Source of the DNA: Candidatus Saccharimonadota bacterium
GTDB lineage: Bacteria; Patescibacteriota; Microgenomatia; UBA1406; GWC2-37-13
Direction: 5' to 3'
Assembly: GCA_016432445.1 (NCBI GenBank)
Contig: CP066689.1
Coordinates: 870,001 to 902,000, forward strand
Length of the DNA: 32,000 nucleotides
Part shown: in pieces, positions 30,307-32,000 of the stretch
How positions within the stretch are numbered: position 1 is the first letter of the stretch
Layout of the letters: each line of letters begins with the position of its first letter
Position numbers and translations under genes: made by a program
The notes under the pieces: generated by a model
Told to the model about the DNA's origin: nothing
Database searches by the model: none
What the model saw: only the letters and a program-made list of their open reading frames with translations

Positions 30307-31479
30307 ATGCATACAATAGGAGTATTTTTCGGAAGCCGAAGTCCCGAACATGATATTTCAATTATCACCGGCCAACTTATAATCTCGGAACTTAATAAAC
30401 TTGGAAAAAATGTCGTGGCCATCTACTTGGACAAAGAAGGACACTGGCTTATCGGTCAAGAAGTAAGCTCACTTAAAACTTTCATTTCAAATGTTACTTT
30501 ACCTCATAATCTTCAGGAGTATTATCTAGATCTTGAAAAATCTCATGGAAAAATGGTTTTTAAGAAAAAGGGGATTATCGGACAAGAAATCAATATTGAT
30601 TTAGCTTTTCCTGCTTTCCACGGAAAATACGGAGAAGACGGCACTATTCAAGGGATGTTTGAAATGCTGGATATTCCCTATGTAGGTTGCGATGTTACAT
30701 CTCTTTCACTAACTATAGATAAAGTTTTAACAAAACTTCTTTATCAGGCTCAAGGAATTCCCACGACCAAATTCATCTTCTTTCATAAAAACGATTGGAA
30801 CAATGATAAGAATAAATGGATAAATAAAGCTAAAGAAAACTTACAATGGCCGGTAATTGTTAAACCTGCAACATTAGGTTCATCCATTGGAATTGCTAAA
30901 GCTAATGATGAAAAAGAACTCGAGTTTGCCATCGAAGTTGCTTTTCATTACGATACCAAAGCTCTTGTTGAGGAGTGTGTTGACAATCTTTCAGATATAA
31001 CCTGCGCGCTTTTAGGGAACAACGATCCAACACCATCATTACTTCAGGAATCAGTTTTTGAAAAGGATTTCTTAAGCTATGAAGATAAATATCTTAAAGA
31101 AGACGGAACTCAACTGGGTGAAGCTTCTAAAAATCTTTTCATTCCCGCTCGCTTAGATCAGAGAACAACCCAAGAGATACAAGAAATGGCTGTGAATATT
31201 TTTAAAATTTTTGGCTGCTCAGGCACAGCTCGAGTGGACTTTCTTTATGATAAAAAATTAAAGAAATTTTATGCCAACGAGATCAATCCTTTACCAGGTA
31301 CTCTATACCACCATTTATGGCAAAAAAGCGGAATGGATATTTCTGAAGTTTTAAAAAGGCTTATTAATCTTGCTCAAGAGAAATATGAAGAAAAAAAATC
31401 CATAAATTATTCCTTTAAATCAGATCTTCTAAAGTTCGCCAATTCAGTTAAACTTCAGCTTAAAAATAATGAAAAATGA
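30307..31479 (+). CDS. ddl: D-alanine--D-alanine ligase
   Basis: IGVFFGSRSPEHDISIITG N-terminus, ATP-grasp blocks (VIVKPATLGSSIGI, ARVDF, NEINPLPG). Confidence 0.85.
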   Translation: MHTIGVFFGSRSPEHDISIITGQLIISELNKLGKNVVAIYLDKEGHWLIGQEVSSLKTFISNVTLPHNLQEYYLDLEKSHGKMVFKKKGIIGQEINIDLAFPAFHGKYGEDGTIQGMFEMLDIPYVGCDVTSLSLTIDKVLTKLLYQAQGIPTTKFIFFHKNDWNNDKNKWINKAKENLQWPVIVKPATLGSSIGIAKANDEKELEFAIEVAFHYDTKALVEECVDNLSDITCALLGNNDPTPSLLQESVFEKDFLSYEDKYLKEDGTQLGEASKNLFIPARLDQRTTQEIQEMAVNIFKIFGCSGTARVDFLYDKKLKKFYANEINPLPGTLYHHLWQKSGMDISEVLKRLINLAQEKYEEKKSINYSFKSDLLKFANSVKLQLKNNEK

Positions 31480-31507
31480 AAAGTATAAGCTAATTACCAC
31501 GATATAA

Positions 31508-32000
31508 TTAATTACTCAGAGTTTGGGTGGAATATTTAGTACTTAAATTTTGAGTGCGTTTAAGGGAGTTTGCAATCAGTCCGGTTTCTTTGCCATTGAT
31601 GTAAATTGTTATATCATTGACATTAATATTGGCAAACTGGGAAAGAGTTTCTTTAACCTGAGCTTCAAGCCGTTGAACATCACAAACCCCATTTAACTTT
31701 AAATTACCGCTAAAGTGAACCAAAGTTGTTCCGTCCTCATAAACTGTGACATCATCAAGAATTAATTGTGAATCAGGGAAAAAATTATAAAGCACAAATG
31801 CTCCTTTTGAAACTTCCCTTGCATTAAATAATTCTTTTATTGTTAACGCAGTCAAATCTTTTTCATTTTCAAAAAGGATTTTTCTTTCGTAGGAAACTAA
31901 GCTATCATTGCAAGCAACTTTCTTACCGTATTTACCATTGTCAGCCAATGCGACCAGATAAACTTTAGCTGTGGCTATATTTTGAGTCTTTCCTTGAGCA
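31508..32000 (-). CDS. GerMN-like domain protein (5' end beyond window)
   Basis: The frame remains open upstream of the track's TTG to the window edge (..KVYLVALADNG..). The pattern KVYL..(C)..L.SYER.I......AL.ELF resembles GerMN/lipoprotein LpqB-type domains. Confidence 0.4.
   Translation of the reverse strand, partial: AQGKTQNIATAKVYLVALADNGKYGKKVACNDSLVSYERKILFENEKDLTALTIKELFNAREVSKGAFVLYNFFPDSQLILDDVTVYEDGTTLVHFSGNLKLNGVCDVQRLEAQVKETLSQFANINVNDITIYINGKETGLIANSLKRTQNLSTKYSTQTLSN

Noticed and set aside
1-32000. CRISPR arrays, rRNA genes, IS transposases, and alternative genetic code (UGA recoding)
   Set aside because: No regularly spaced repeats, rRNA-like GC-rich blocks or transposase ORFs were seen. 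UGA terminates several well-delimited genes (14051, 21280, 22453) with the next gene starting as expected, so the standard code 11 fits.

Overview
AT-rich (about one-third G+C by eye) bacterial chromosomal segment using the standard code: UGA acts as a stop at 14051-14053, 21280-21282 and 22453-22455. Gene content and style resemble an ultra-small Patescibacteria/CPR-type genome, which is inference only.

Layout:
- 1-15.5 kb: a dense surface-glycan/glycosylation region. It holds a B12-type radical SAM gene, three GT2 genes, MurJ- and Wzx-type flippases, Gmd, GalE, a GlmU-N-like nucleotidyltransferase, an EamA transporter and several GT-C-like polytopic membrane proteins. It is interrupted at 9.4-10.3 kb by a tRNA-Gly locus carrying GIY-YIG minigenes.
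- 15.5-23.6 kb: an accessory-looking stretch. It holds a XerC/D-type tyrosine recombinase split by a 421-aa LAGLIDADG intein, a ParB/Srx-motif orphan, tRNA-Leu(UAG), a rhomboid protease, a second GIY-YIG cassette fused to tRNA-Ser(GGA), a Pif1/RecD-like helicase, an RHH + RelE/ParE toxin-antitoxin pair, a VOC-like protein, and a 369-aa orphan flanked by 22-bp direct repeats.
- 23.9-32 kb: a ZIP metal transporter, another GT-C-like protein, YibE/F, a DsbA-like oxidoreductase, a hydrolase-MurF-Ddl operon and a partial GerMN-like gene.

No rRNA, CRISPR array or IS transposase was seen.

Most interesting signals:
1. At two unrelated tRNA genes a GIY-YIG minigene is preceded by a 17-20 nt duplicate of the tRNA 5' end (breaking in the D-loop) and a GC-rich twin-hairpin leader, and it runs into the intact tRNA. 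A third, decaying copy has a related GC-rich hairpin pair but lies downstream of tRNA-Gly.
2. The intein sits in the recombinase active-site box.
3. A 33-bp inverted repeat brackets a whole gene next to that recombinase.
4. tRNA-punctuated gene boundaries and a recurrent -10-N6-ATG arrangement suggest leaderless expression.

All calls were made by eye from the sequence and the supplied ORF track. No database search was run.
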